64,000 nucleotides of DNA from assembly GCA_963977015.1 (NCBI GenBank), contig CAXBMO010000013.1, forward strand, positions 64,001-128,000, read 5' to 3'. The DNA is from an uncultured bacterium (GTDB taxonomy: Bacteria > Verrucomicrobiota > Verrucomicrobiia > Verrucomicrobiales > DEV007). Below the pieces are notes generated by a model. It did not search any database. It was given only the letters and a program-made list of their open reading frames with translations, and had not been told where the DNA came from. How positions within the stretch are numbered: the first letter of the stretch is position 1; each line of letters starts with the position of its first letter. The translations under genes and the position numbers were made by a program. This document shows positions 48,006 through 57,583 of the stretch, in pieces.

Positions 48006-50168
48006 TCAGGTCAATTCGCCGCCGTTCTTTGCGATGGCCTGGCATTGCTTGATATCGAGCTTGCCAGACGCGAGGTGAGGAATATCCCCGACCTTGATGA
48101 TTTGTTTGGGAATCCACAAACTCGGGAGACCTGCTTCGAGGAGTCGGTAACGCAGGTCCGTCGCGTCGAGGCTTGGTGTCGCTGAAATCAGCACCAAAGC
48201 TTCTCCCTTGGACTCATCCGGGATCCCTACAACGGTGATTTGCCGTTCGCCACCTGAATCCACCCCAAGTTCGCGATTTATCGCATCTTCGATCGTTTCG
48301 TGCGGCACCATCTCGCCGGCAATTTTGGAGAATCGCGAGAGCCTGCCTTCGATATAAAGGAATCCGTCCTCGTCCATTCTCCCGATATCGCCGGTTTTCA
48401 GCCATCCATCTTTGACCACTTCTTTTGATTTCTCCTCCATATTGAGGTAGCCGGCAAAAACATTGGGACCGCTGAGCCAAATCATCCCGGACTCGTGGAT
48501 CGTGAGAGGCGCTCCGGTATCGGGATCCGTGATTCGAATCGCCATTCCCGGGATAAGTTGACCAACCGAGCCGCGGCGATGGGAGGGGAGAGTTGGCTCA
48601 GCATCCCCCGTGGAACCGGGGTCGGGGAGATTGACGTTCGAAACGGGGGACGTCTCGGTCAGGCCATAACCTTCGAGGACCGGTTTCCCGAATTTCTTCT
48701 CAAAATCGTCCGCAATTTTGGCTGGTAGTTTCTCCGCGCCCGTGACGACCAGTTTGAGAGACGACAGCTGTTCGCGTTTGGCTTTGCGGAGATATCCTCT
48801 CAAAAAGGTGGGGGTCGAAACCAGCAGGCTGACCTGCTTTTCCTCGATCAACTCCGCGAGCTTGGGGGCCTCAAGCGGAGTTGGGTAAGTTACCAGGTTA
48901 ATTCCCTCGATCACCGGATACCACATGGTCACCGTGCAGCCGAAGCTGTGAAACAATGGCAGGCATCCCAACACGCTATCGTGGGATTCCAGTTGAAGGC
49001 GGCTGGAAAACTGGTTCACATTCGCCATCACGTTGCGGTGAGTGAGAGCAACGCCTTTGGGATCTCCGGAACTTCCGCTGGTGAACAAGAGGACGGCTTC
49101 CTCGTCTCCGCCGGTCTTTGGGATGCCGATGGAATTTGCCAGTGCCGCGAGAGGCATGAATTTGGAGGCGATGAGCCAGAGCCCGATTTTGGTTTTGAGC
49201 TTGGGCAGCGTTCGCTCCAGAAAAATCAACTGACGCGTGGGCGGCCATGGGAAGCGCTGGGTCTTGCGGACAAACGGATCGGCTGTGATGAGGCGATCCA
49301 CTTCCGCCTGTTCCATGGCGGATTGAATGGCCGATTCGCCTGCGGTGAAGTTGATGTTGACCGGAGTCTTTCCGGCAAACAACACCGCGATATTGGCCAG
49401 AAGGCCGCCCGTGCCGGGAGGAAGCACAATCCCAACCCGATCCTTCTGCGTCTCCTGTCGAATGACTTTGCTCAGAACAATCGCCGCAGCGAGAAGCTTG
49501 TCGAACCCGGTTTCCTTGTTCTGAAAACCGTCAAAGACGTGGTTTTTTGCCCCGTGTCTCTTCAGGCCCATCAGCATTGCGTAACCAAGATTCAAATTGA
49601 GGCCCGGTCGCGTGTTGAACGCTTCTTGGGCAGCCAAGAGCAGATCTTCCTGGAAACTTGCGAGGTCTGCTTTGTCTTTTGTGAACGGATTACCAAACGA
49701 GAAGACGGCGGATTTGAGAGATCCCGCATTCTCGATCGCCAGTTTTGCCGTTCGAGGATGGTCGATGTAAAGGCCGATCGTAGGGACTTCGCTCTTCAGC
49801 AGGAAGGCGAGCGTTTTACTGACGACGCTCGTCAGTGTACCGGTCCTGATTTTGGCCTTGCCCGGCACAAAAATGACATATTCACCCTTGGAAATGCTGT
49901 CGCCCAACTCTTTTTGAAACGTTTCAACCTGTTCATCATCAGCGACAAACACCATTGCCGAGGAATTGTCCCCTTCGAGATGATTCTGAAGCTGCGTTTC
50001 GAATTTGGCGTCCTTCTCGACCAGATAGGTGATGCTTTTTCCTTCGAGTTGGCGCTCAAGAATTTGCAGATCGCTAAAACTCAAAACATTTGGGATGACT
50101 AGGATTCCCGTCTCTGGAAGTCGCTCATTTCCAAGAGCAATGAAGTCGTCGTTGTGGTCTGCCGCCAT
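48006..50168 (-). CDS. Aas-like protein: acyltransferase-like N-domain plus acyl-ACP synthetase (AMP-binding)
   Basis: FTSGSSGDPKG, LPLFHSFG, EGYGLTE, TGDIG, RFSKIAGEMV; N-domain has the PlsC-like layout. Confidence 0.85.
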   Translation of the reverse strand: MAADHNDDFIALGNERLPETGILVIPNVLSFSDLQILERQLEGKSITYLVEKDAKFETQLQNHLEGDNSSAMVFVADDEQVETFQKELGDSISKGEYVIFVPGKAKIRTGTLTSVVSKTLAFLLKSEVPTIGLYIDHPRTAKLAIENAGSLKSAVFSFGNPFTKDKADLASFQEDLLLAAQEAFNTRPGLNLNLGYAMLMGLKRHGAKNHVFDGFQNKETGFDKLLAAAIVLSKVIRQETQKDRVGIVLPPGTGGLLANIAVLFAGKTPVNINFTAGESAIQSAMEQAEVDRLITADPFVRKTQRFPWPPTRQLIFLERTLPKLKTKIGLWLIASKFMPLAALANSIGIPKTGGDEEAVLLFTSGSSGDPKGVALTHRNVMANVNQFSSRLQLESHDSVLGCLPLFHSFGCTVTMWYPVIEGINLVTYPTPLEAPKLAELIEEKQVSLLVSTPTFLRGYLRKAKREQLSSLKLVVTGAEKLPAKIADDFEKKFGKPVLEGYGLTETSPVSNVNLPDPGSTGDAEPTLPSHRRGSVGQLIPGMAIRITDPDTGAPLTIHESGMIWLSGPNVFAGYLNMEEKSKEVVKDGWLKTGDIGRMDEDGFLYIEGRLSRFSKIAGEMVPHETIEDAINRELGVDSGGERQITVVGIPDESKGEALVLISATPSLDATDLRYRLLEAGLPSLWIPKQIIKVGDIPHLASGKLDIKQCQAIAKNGGELT

Positions 50169-50349
50169 GAATTACTTTTTTTGAAAGGTGCAGGGTTATC
50201 TAGCACATCCTAGATTTTTAGAAAATATCGAATTCTTTTTCTTTACAGATAGATGAGGACGTCGTGTTATCTGGCCTTTTTGCAGGCATAACGCTTCGCA
50301 AAACAAGCCCCGCAAATCAACCCCACACAGATTCTATCACTTTTCGATC

Positions 50350-50628
50350 ATGGCCTCGGATAGTTCAGGAACAACCTACGATGCATCGGCATACTGGAAA
50401 AAGAACATCTCCATTTTGGGGATTCTTTTGGCAATTTGGTTTTTGGTTTCCTACGGATTTGGAATCCTCTTTGCCGACCAACTCAATCAGTTTCGAATCG
50501 GAGGCTTCAAACTTGGCTTTTGGTTTGCGCAACAAGGCAGCATTTACGTTTTCGTCATTTTGATTGCCGTTTACGTGAAATGGATGAATCGGCTCGATAA
50601 AGAGTTCGGGATTACGGAGAAGGGTTAA
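50350..50628 (+). CDS. DUF4212-type small membrane partner of a solute symporter
   Basis: YW, two helices, GFKLGFWFAQQGSI, MNRLD. Confidence 0.9.
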   Translation: MASDSSGTTYDASAYWKKNISILGILLAIWFLVSYGFGILFADQLNQFRIGGFKLGFWFAQQGSIYVFVILIAVYVKWMNRLDKEFGITEKG

Positions 50629-50649
50629 CGATCGAATCGCTTTCAGGTC

Positions 50650-52413
50650 ATGGATGTACAAACTTGGACTTATATCATCGTCGGCGCGACCTTTGCGCTG
50701 TATATCGGAATCGCCATTTGGTCGCGAGCTGGTTCGACTGGTGAATTCTACGTAGCAGGTGGGGGCGTTCCCGCTTTGGCCAACGGAATGGCAACGGCAG
50801 CAGACTGGATGAGCGCGGCGTCGTTCATCTCGATGGCCGGGATCATTTCGTTCATCGGATACGACGGTTCCGTCTATCTGATGGGTTGGACAGGAGGCTA
50901 CGTGTTGTTGGCACTGTTGCTGGCCCCGTATCTGCGCAAATTTGGCAAATTCACGGTGCCGGATTTCGTGGGAGATCGCTACTACTCCGACTGGGCACGC
51001 TTTGTTGCCGTTTTTTGCGCCTTATTCGTCTCTTTCACCTACGTTTGCGGGCAGATGCGCGGCGTTGGAATCGTGTTTTCGCGGTTTTTGGAGGTTTCAA
51101 TCAACTCGGGCGTCGTTATTGGGATGGCGATCGTCTTTCTCTATGCCGTTCTGGGCGGGATGAAGGGGATCACCTATACTCAGGTTGCCCAGTATTGTGT
51201 TCTGATTTTTGCGTTCCTCGTTCCCGCCATTTTTATCGCGGTCATGTTGACCGGAAACCCGATTCCTCAATTGGGCTTCGGCGCGAAAGTCGTGGGCGAA
51301 GGTGTCTACCTGCTCGATAAGCTGGATGGCCTGCATCGAGACTTGGGCTTTGATCTCTACACGGAACGGAAGAAACCGATCATTGATATATTCTGTATCA
51401 CCATGGCCCTGATGGTGGGGACCGCCGGTCTGCCTCACGTGATTGTCCGTTTCTACACCGTCAAGAAGGTCAGCGCTGCCCGGGTTTCAGCTTTCTGGGC
51501 CCTGTTGTTCATTGCCATTCTCTACAGTTGCGCACCGGCTGTTTCGGTTTTTGCGAGAACCAATTTGCTGCAGACCATACCGGGAAGTTCCTATCAGGAC
51601 GCGCCAGCTTGGTTTGGAAAATGGGAAAAAAGCGGGTTGATTGCCTGGGTTGATAAGAATGAGGACGGCAAGATTCAGTACGTCAATGGATCCGCATTTG
51701 CCGGGAAACCCATTTTTGAATTGGGTGAGGAGCGCGGGAAGTCCGGTGAGCGATTGATCAAAAACCAGATTTCTGACAACGAGAATGAACTGTATGTCGA
51801 TCGAGACATCATGGTCCTGGCTAATCCGGAAATTGCCAAGCTCCCGAATTGGGTCATCGCCTTGGTTGCCGCTGGTGGACTGGCGGCTGCGTTGTCCACT
51901 GCTGCGGGACTTCTTCTCGTGATTTCAACGTCGGTTGCTCATGATTTGGTGAAGCGAATCATCATGGAGCGCATCTTGAAGAAGGAATTTCCGGAAAAGA
52001 GCGAATTGCTCTGTGCTCGCGTTGCGGCCGGATTCGCGGTGGTCGTCGCCGGCTTGTTTGGCATCTATCCCCCCGGCTTTGTTGCTCAAGTTGTCGCGTT
52101 CGCATTTGGCTTGGCCGCATCCTCTTTCTTCCCCGTGATCATCCTCGGCGTGTTCTGGAAGCGGATGAATCAACCTGGCGCGATTTCCGGAATGCTGTCG
52201 GGAATTATCTTCACGGCAGGCTACATCATTTACTTCAAGTTCATCAATCCATCCATCAATACCAAGGAGCATTGGTTCCTGGGGATTTCGCCTGAAGGAA
52301 TCGGAACGGTTGGAATGATCCTGAATTTCACGGTTTCCATCGTGGTTTCTCATTTCACGGCACCGCCGCCGAAGCATATTGAGGAATTGGTCGACAGGAT
52401 TCGGGTGCCCTAA
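50650..52413 (+). CDS. Sodium:solute symporter (ActP-like, VC_2705 subfamily)
   Basis: NGMATAADWMSAASF, GWTGGY, GTAGLPH, GLAAALSTA. Confidence 0.93.
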   Translation: MDVQTWTYIIVGATFALYIGIAIWSRAGSTGEFYVAGGGVPALANGMATAADWMSAASFISMAGIISFIGYDGSVYLMGWTGGYVLLALLLAPYLRKFGKFTVPDFVGDRYYSDWARFVAVFCALFVSFTYVCGQMRGVGIVFSRFLEVSINSGVVIGMAIVFLYAVLGGMKGITYTQVAQYCVLIFAFLVPAIFIAVMLTGNPIPQLGFGAKVVGEGVYLLDKLDGLHRDLGFDLYTERKKPIIDIFCITMALMVGTAGLPHVIVRFYTVKKVSAARVSAFWALLFIAILYSCAPAVSVFARTNLLQTIPGSSYQDAPAWFGKWEKSGLIAWVDKNEDGKIQYVNGSAFAGKPIFELGEERGKSGERLIKNQISDNENELYVDRDIMVLANPEIAKLPNWVIALVAAGGLAAALSTAAGLLLVISTSVAHDLVKRIIMERILKKEFPEKSELLCARVAAGFAVVVAGLFGIYPPGFVAQVVAFAFGLAASSFFPVIILGVFWKRMNQPGAISGMLSGIIFTAGYIIYFKFINPSINTKEHWFLGISPEGIGTVGMILNFTVSIVVSHFTAPPPKHIEELVDRIRVP

Positions 52414-52435
52414 AGCGAAGAAGCCGACCAGTGAA

Positions 52436-53620
52436 TCATACCGAGTATTTCGCGACTCCGCTCTTCTGAAGGAGCCATTTCGCGAGGTATTTTGAACCGA
52501 AATAGATCCGCTTGGCGGCGAGGCGCCCCAGGTTCAGGAGGCCGGCCGGATAGACGGTGTGAGCGCAAACTTGGTAGCTCCGGTCCGTGAATTCTGATTT
52601 GTAACGCTCGTTACCAAGCAGGAAGTCGATCGTGCGGATCCCATCGTGGCGCACCAACCAGTCGATGCGTCGCAGGAGAAGCACGTTGCCGGGACTGATT
52701 TGGCGATACTTCGGGTCGAAGGTGGTGAGAAAACCGTGGTAGGTCCCATTGAGGGTAAAGCCGATGTCGATCGCCATGAGTTCCTCGCCGTTGCGGAGGG
52801 TGGCAAGCCGAAGTCCGCTGTTCGGATCGTGGCTTGCGCTCTGAATTAGAGCCACGAAATCTGGGGCAGCGAGAAGGCTGACGCCGTCTTTCCGAAAGTG
52901 CGCGGCGTGAAAGTGGGCTACTTCTTCAACCAACTCGGGAGCAATTTCGCCGGCACGATGAACCTCAAGCTTGGCGTCTGGATACTCCCGAGCGGTCTTG
53001 TTGAGATGGCGTTTGAAGTTGCCTCGCGTTTTGCGAGGGAGCGATTTCAGAAACGCGTCCAGACTCTCCGGCATTTCGAGAACGGGACAGGCTGAATAGC
53101 ATCGCTGATAGTGAAAAGTCCCGTCTTTCCAGAGATGCAGTCCCCTCATGGCCCCTGCCACCCAGGCCTGTTCCCGAACCTGGCTTAGTTCCAGGTAAGT
53201 CCCGTTCCGCCGGGCCCAATTCAGGATCTCGCGGAGCAGTTCGGCGGCGCTGGCGGAATCGGCTGCGAGAAAATCCTGGTGATCGCCGACACCGTCAGCG
53301 GCGAACCGCAGGCGACGTCCCTTTTGGTAGAGCGGAGCGATGCCAATGGTCTTACCGTCGCGCTGGAGGGAGAAAACCAGCATCTCATCATAAGCGTGGG
53401 CGAAATGTCGATACCAACCGCGATTCCAACTGAAGCTTTGGAAGGGGCCGGAGACGGAGGATTGGGCCAGGGCGTTCCAGGCGGACTGAAGTCGATCGAG
53501 CCCGTTGAGGGAATGGGTCAGTTGAAAGGCTGGGGCCTCTCCGGCAAGGTGGTGCGAACGAGAGGCTGGAGCGACGGCCTCGGAGTTGAGTGGAGCGAGT
53601 TGGGCAATTGAGAGTTCCAT
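52436..53620 (-). CDS. GNAT acetyltransferase (CelD/BcsL-like)
   Basis: PFQSFSW, IGIAPL, SPGNVLL, DFLLGNERYK; start placed at MELS. Confidence 0.85.
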   Translation of the reverse strand: MELSIAQLAPLNSEAVAPASRSHHLAGEAPAFQLTHSLNGLDRLQSAWNALAQSSVSGPFQSFSWNRGWYRHFAHAYDEMLVFSLQRDGKTIGIAPLYQKGRRLRFAADGVGDHQDFLAADSASAAELLREILNWARRNGTYLELSQVREQAWVAGAMRGLHLWKDGTFHYQRCYSACPVLEMPESLDAFLKSLPRKTRGNFKRHLNKTAREYPDAKLEVHRAGEIAPELVEEVAHFHAAHFRKDGVSLLAAPDFVALIQSASHDPNSGLRLATLRNGEELMAIDIGFTLNGTYHGFLTTFDPKYRQISPGNVLLLRRIDWLVRHDGIRTIDFLLGNERYKSEFTDRSYQVCAHTVYPAGLLNLGRLAAKRIYFGSKYLAKWLLQKSGVAKYSV

Positions 53621-53762
53621 GTCAAATATGATGGAAATTATAGAAAAGATAATCAGAGCTGAGAAAATTGGCAAGCCTCGAGCTGTTTTTTCTTTCTCAA
53701 CCGGCTCTCCCCTTACTCAATTGCGGGTGGACCTGCACAAACTGCGGGCTTCGTCGGCCCGA

Positions 53763-55232
53763 CTATTTAAAGAATCCCTTCAGCAGGTCGGTTCCCATCT
53801 TGATCGCATCGTCTTTTGCTTTCATGGGATCACTCACCACGCCACGCCCAAAGTCCATCGCCGCGTCAATTCCGGCATCCCGCATTTGGGCAACCAAGTC
53901 ATGGGTTGGTTCGCTGACCGTTCCGGAGACGTTGATATCCGTCCACAGGTAGCCATCGCGGGAATCCACAAATACGGTGCGCTCTGCTCCAGGAATGAGT
54001 CGCAGGGTGCCGGGAACGATTCCGAGTTGAAGCACTCCCGAAAGATCCTTTCCTTCGATATCCAGACTGCCGGACAACTTTGCCAAACCGTCAGATTGAA
54101 GATCAATATTTCGAATTTCGGTCCGACTTCCTTTTCGACTGAACTCGGCCGATCCTCCATCGCGAAGCGCGATTCTCCGAAAGCGGTCGTTTTTCGTGTA
54201 GGTGCCAAGGAGGTCGAGAACCGGTAGAGCTTCGATGACGCCTTTGTCCAGAGTAACGGTTCCCACCTGAATCGCTGATTCCATGTCATTGGGATCGCCT
54301 GTCATGGTGGCCTCAGCTTTCAGGTTTCCCTGGAGTCTGCGCTGCCAGGTATCAGCCACCAAGTCACGAATATCGAGGTCTGTTATATTCGCACGAAGAA
54401 GCATATCACCCTTGGCATCATCGCCGCCCATCTTGATATCACCTTCTACACGGAGTTTGGCATCGGACCCGAAACCGATATCCGCTTTTGATATGTAGAA
54501 CTCGTTCTTCTCCAGATTCCAATTCAGATCGACTTCTTGAATCTTCAATTTTTCAGATCCGGTGCCTTGAATCGTGCCCCCGACGCTTTGAATTCGCAGC
54601 GAATTTTGAGCAGATGTCGGCGTGATGGTGGTTTGAATGCCGGTCGCCTGAAATTTTTCGTCCCCTTTTTCCCAGTAGAGATTCACATTCGAAATCCGCG
54701 TTGTATCGACTTCAATCTCTTTTGGCAACAGCGCCGCCAGCGCATTTGGTTCTCCCTCTTGGGCTGCCATCTCAACTTCCCGGCTTTTCTGATTCGCTTC
54801 GGCATAGGTACCGGGAAGTCGATTTTCGGATAACACGACATCGAGTTGGGAAACCGTGATCTCCGGGATCTTCCAGACTCCTCTCTTGAAATGTTCGGTG
54901 CTGAGGTCCAGCTGGGCGCGAACGCCTGCGACATCCAGTTTCGCGAACCCGGCGTCCTGGTAGCCTCGGGCTGTCAGGCGATCGGTAAATGCCGACGAGT
55001 CTTGCCAGGTGACAGATTCAATTTGGCCTGCCGCTTTGAGATTCTCAGACAACACGTTGGCCAGCATTTCGCGGAATTTATCGCTTCGGACGTAGTTTTT
55101 GGCGGCGGAAAGGGCTCCAAAAACCACGATTACCAACGAGATAATGAAGACAGCCAGTCCAATTCCCGCTCCGGTGAAGAAATTCTTACTGACGTTGGAT
55201 TTGGTGGCGGGGGTCGAACGGCGTCTGCTCAT
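53763..55232 (-). CDS. AsmA-like membrane-anchored beta-rich protein
   Basis: Single N-terminal TM helix, beta-strand-rich body, C-terminal INVSGTVSEP motif. Confidence 0.7.
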   Translation of the reverse strand: MSRRRSTPATKSNVSKNFFTGAGIGLAVFIISLVIVVFGALSAAKNYVRSDKFREMLANVLSENLKAAGQIESVTWQDSSAFTDRLTARGYQDAGFAKLDVAGVRAQLDLSTEHFKRGVWKIPEITVSQLDVVLSENRLPGTYAEANQKSREVEMAAQEGEPNALAALLPKEIEVDTTRISNVNLYWEKGDEKFQATGIQTTITPTSAQNSLRIQSVGGTIQGTGSEKLKIQEVDLNWNLEKNEFYISKADIGFGSDAKLRVEGDIKMGGDDAKGDMLLRANITDLDIRDLVADTWQRRLQGNLKAEATMTGDPNDMESAIQVGTVTLDKGVIEALPVLDLLGTYTKNDRFRRIALRDGGSAEFSRKGSRTEIRNIDLQSDGLAKLSGSLDIEGKDLSGVLQLGIVPGTLRLIPGAERTVFVDSRDGYLWTDINVSGTVSEPTHDLVAQMRDAGIDAAMDFGRGVVSDPMKAKDDAIKMGTDLLKGFFK

Positions 55233-55314
55233 GTTCTCGAAAGGTTCGGTGGTCCATCATCCTGTCAAAGACTCGAAGGTTTTGCTAGCTCTTTGGCGAA
55301 AAGTTCCCTAAAAA

Positions 55315-57039
55315 TTGCGCACCGTGCTCGAACTCGAAAACATCCATTTTACGATAACGGCCGACGGCGAGGAGCGTCATTTGCTGGAAAAAGTATCGAT
55401 CAAAGTTCCCCGAGGTCACTTTATGGCAATTGTCGGCCCATCAGGTTGCGGAAAGTCGACGCTTTTGAAGACCGTTGCCGGAATCAATCTGGAAAGTGCT
55501 GGCGATATCAAGTGGGATGGAAGAAACCTGTCGGAAGACGGCGATCTGGAGCCCTGGGAGTTTGGTTATGTTCCTCAGTTCAGCATCGCCTACGACGAGC
55601 TTACGGTGGAGGAAAGTATCGACAACGCGATCAAGCTCAAAGTGAAGACTCGGGGGCGTGGCGATATGGAGAAAATCGCGGACCGAATCATTGAGCAGGT
55701 GGGATTGGATGCGATTCGGGATAGTCGGGTTGCCGTCCTTTCCGGAGGTCAAAAACGTCGCCTGGGATTGGCGCTGGAAATGGCGACGAATCCTGACCTG
55801 CTTCTCTGTGACGAGGTAACCAGTGGTCTGGACCCAAAAAGTGAAAACGAGATTGTTCAACTGCTTCACAAGCTCGCCAAAACCGACAATCGAATTGTAA
55901 TTAGCGTAACCCACAGTTTGGGAAACCTTGACCTGTATGATTCTGTTCTGGTTCTTTATGAGGGAAAAGTGGTCTACCACGGCCCTCCTCGGGCGTTGAA
56001 TCACTATTTTGGCGTCGGCGAGGCTGAAGATGTGTATCCTGCGTTGGCAAAACGTGAGTCCGAGGCGTGGCGAATTTCCTGGGAAAAGCACGCGGAAGCC
56101 TATTACCAGACCGTTCCCGGAATGATGGAAGGCCCGGTTATTCGAACCGAGGAGGAGCAGGCAGAGAGAAAGCAAAAGGCCAGAGGCCCTGGGTTTTTTA
56201 GCCAATTGGCGGTGTTGTCAGAGCGTCGCTGGAAGATCTTTTTTCGCGACAGAACCCAACTCTTTTTACAGATGGCGATGTTGGTGATTTTTCCGATTAT
56301 TGTCGTTCTGTTCGCCTTTGATGGTATTCCGGATTTGAAGCGGCCTTCTGATACGCGATCGAATAACCTCGAGGCAGAGATTCGCGAAGAACGGATGATC
56401 ACGGAGAACCGAATGGAGGTGGGTGGTCTTCTTTCCGGGTTGGTCATGTTTCAGGTTGTACTTTTGTCACTCATGGGGTCCAACAACTCGGCCCGGGAAA
56501 TTGCCGGTGAACGCGAAATTTTCGAAAAGGAGAAACTCGGAGGGCTGAAGACGATGAGTTATTTGGGGAGCAAAGTGATGTTCCTCTCAGTTCTCGTCCT
56601 GGTGCAATCGTTGTGGATGTACCTTTTTGTTTCAGTGTTTGCCCAGATACCGAGTTTGGCGATCGCGCATGCCGCGATGCTGGTTCTCGTGAACGCCGGG
56701 ATGACGGCGGTTTGTTTGGGCATTTCCGCGTCCATGAAATCCGCGGACCAGGCATCACTCCTCAGCATTTATCTCGTCGGATTTCAATTGCCCCTTTCCG
56801 GGGCCGTTCTCGCATTGCCCAAAATTCTTGAACCGGTGATCACACCGTTTATTTCCGCCTACTGGAGTTGGTCTGGAATCATCAAGTCTTTGGAAGGACG
56901 GTTTCTAACGGCTGCCGAGCAGGTCACGGAGGCCCATTTGAATGGATTGCCGATCTGCATTTTGGTCCTGGTTGCCCACCTGATGGTCGGGATGGTCATC
57001 GCCCTGATCGGGGCGAGCAAGGCCCGATGGGCGCACTGA
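55315..57039 (+). CDS. ABCG-type fused ABC transporter (NBD followed by ABC2 permease)
   Basis: GPSGCGKST, GYVPQ, LSGGQKRR, DEVTSGLD, VTH; then NSAREIAGEREIFEKE and several TM helices. Confidence 0.92.
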   Translation: MRTVLELENIHFTITADGEERHLLEKVSIKVPRGHFMAIVGPSGCGKSTLLKTVAGINLESAGDIKWDGRNLSEDGDLEPWEFGYVPQFSIAYDELTVEESIDNAIKLKVKTRGRGDMEKIADRIIEQVGLDAIRDSRVAVLSGGQKRRLGLALEMATNPDLLLCDEVTSGLDPKSENEIVQLLHKLAKTDNRIVISVTHSLGNLDLYDSVLVLYEGKVVYHGPPRALNHYFGVGEAEDVYPALAKRESEAWRISWEKHAEAYYQTVPGMMEGPVIRTEEEQAERKQKARGPGFFSQLAVLSERRWKIFFRDRTQLFLQMAMLVIFPIIVVLFAFDGIPDLKRPSDTRSNNLEAEIREERMITENRMEVGGLLSGLVMFQVVLLSLMGSNNSAREIAGEREIFEKEKLGGLKTMSYLGSKVMFLSVLVLVQSLWMYLFVSVFAQIPSLAIAHAAMLVLVNAGMTAVCLGISASMKSADQASLLSIYLVGFQLPLSGAVLALPKILEPVITPFISAYWSWSGIIKSLEGRFLTAAEQVTEAHLNGLPICILVLVAHLMVGMVIALIGASKARWAH

Positions 57040-57135
57040 CAGGAAATTTAACGTTTTCAAAACAGTTTAGGGAAATATACTCATTGAAAGGGCCTCTCCA
57101 AATCCCCGGACAACAACTTTTGCTACCATAAACAT

Positions 57136-57567
57136 ATGCCTCGTCGAGCCAGTTCAGGAATCAGCACCGGTCAAATCATTGGTCTCGTGGCCGGTGTCGT
57201 CTTCATTCTGGTCATCATGTTTGTGATGGCCTTGGTTCTGATGAAGGGAAACTTTCTGGGCGATGGTGAATCCCGGCCGCCGACAGCCAGCTCCGAGCTG
57301 AATTTGGATGACTACATGAACAACGCCAACTCGATGCGCGGAAACGCCTATCGGGTGACGGGGAAAGTGGAAGAACAGCTCAAGTGGACGCCTTCGCGTG
57401 GACGACTTTACAGTGTCACCGTGACCCAGGGGACTCGTTCTCCCATTCCAATTCTGATTCCCCAGAGTTTCAGCCATGTGAACATCGAGAAAGGCAGCGA
57501 ATTCACTTTCGTCGTTGAGGTTGGCAATGACGGCGTCCTCATCGCTCGTGAAATCAAACAAGGTTAA
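57136..57567 (+). CDS. Membrane-anchored hypothetical protein (possible OB-fold)
   Basis: One N-terminal TM helix, then a short beta-rich domain (YRVTGKV...FTFVVEV). Confidence 0.65.
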   Translation: MPRRASSGISTGQIIGLVAGVVFILVIMFVMALVLMKGNFLGDGESRPPTASSELNLDDYMNNANSMRGNAYRVTGKVEEQLKWTPSRGRLYSVTVTQGTRSPIPILIPQSFSHVNIEKGSEFTFVVEVGNDGVLIAREIKQG

Positions 57568-57583
57568 ACGCAGAAAAACACCC

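Noticed and set aside
51640-51800. EF-hand-like DKNEDGKIQY loop in the symporter
   Set aside because: To my knowledge this loop is a usual feature of the VC_2705-type subfamily.
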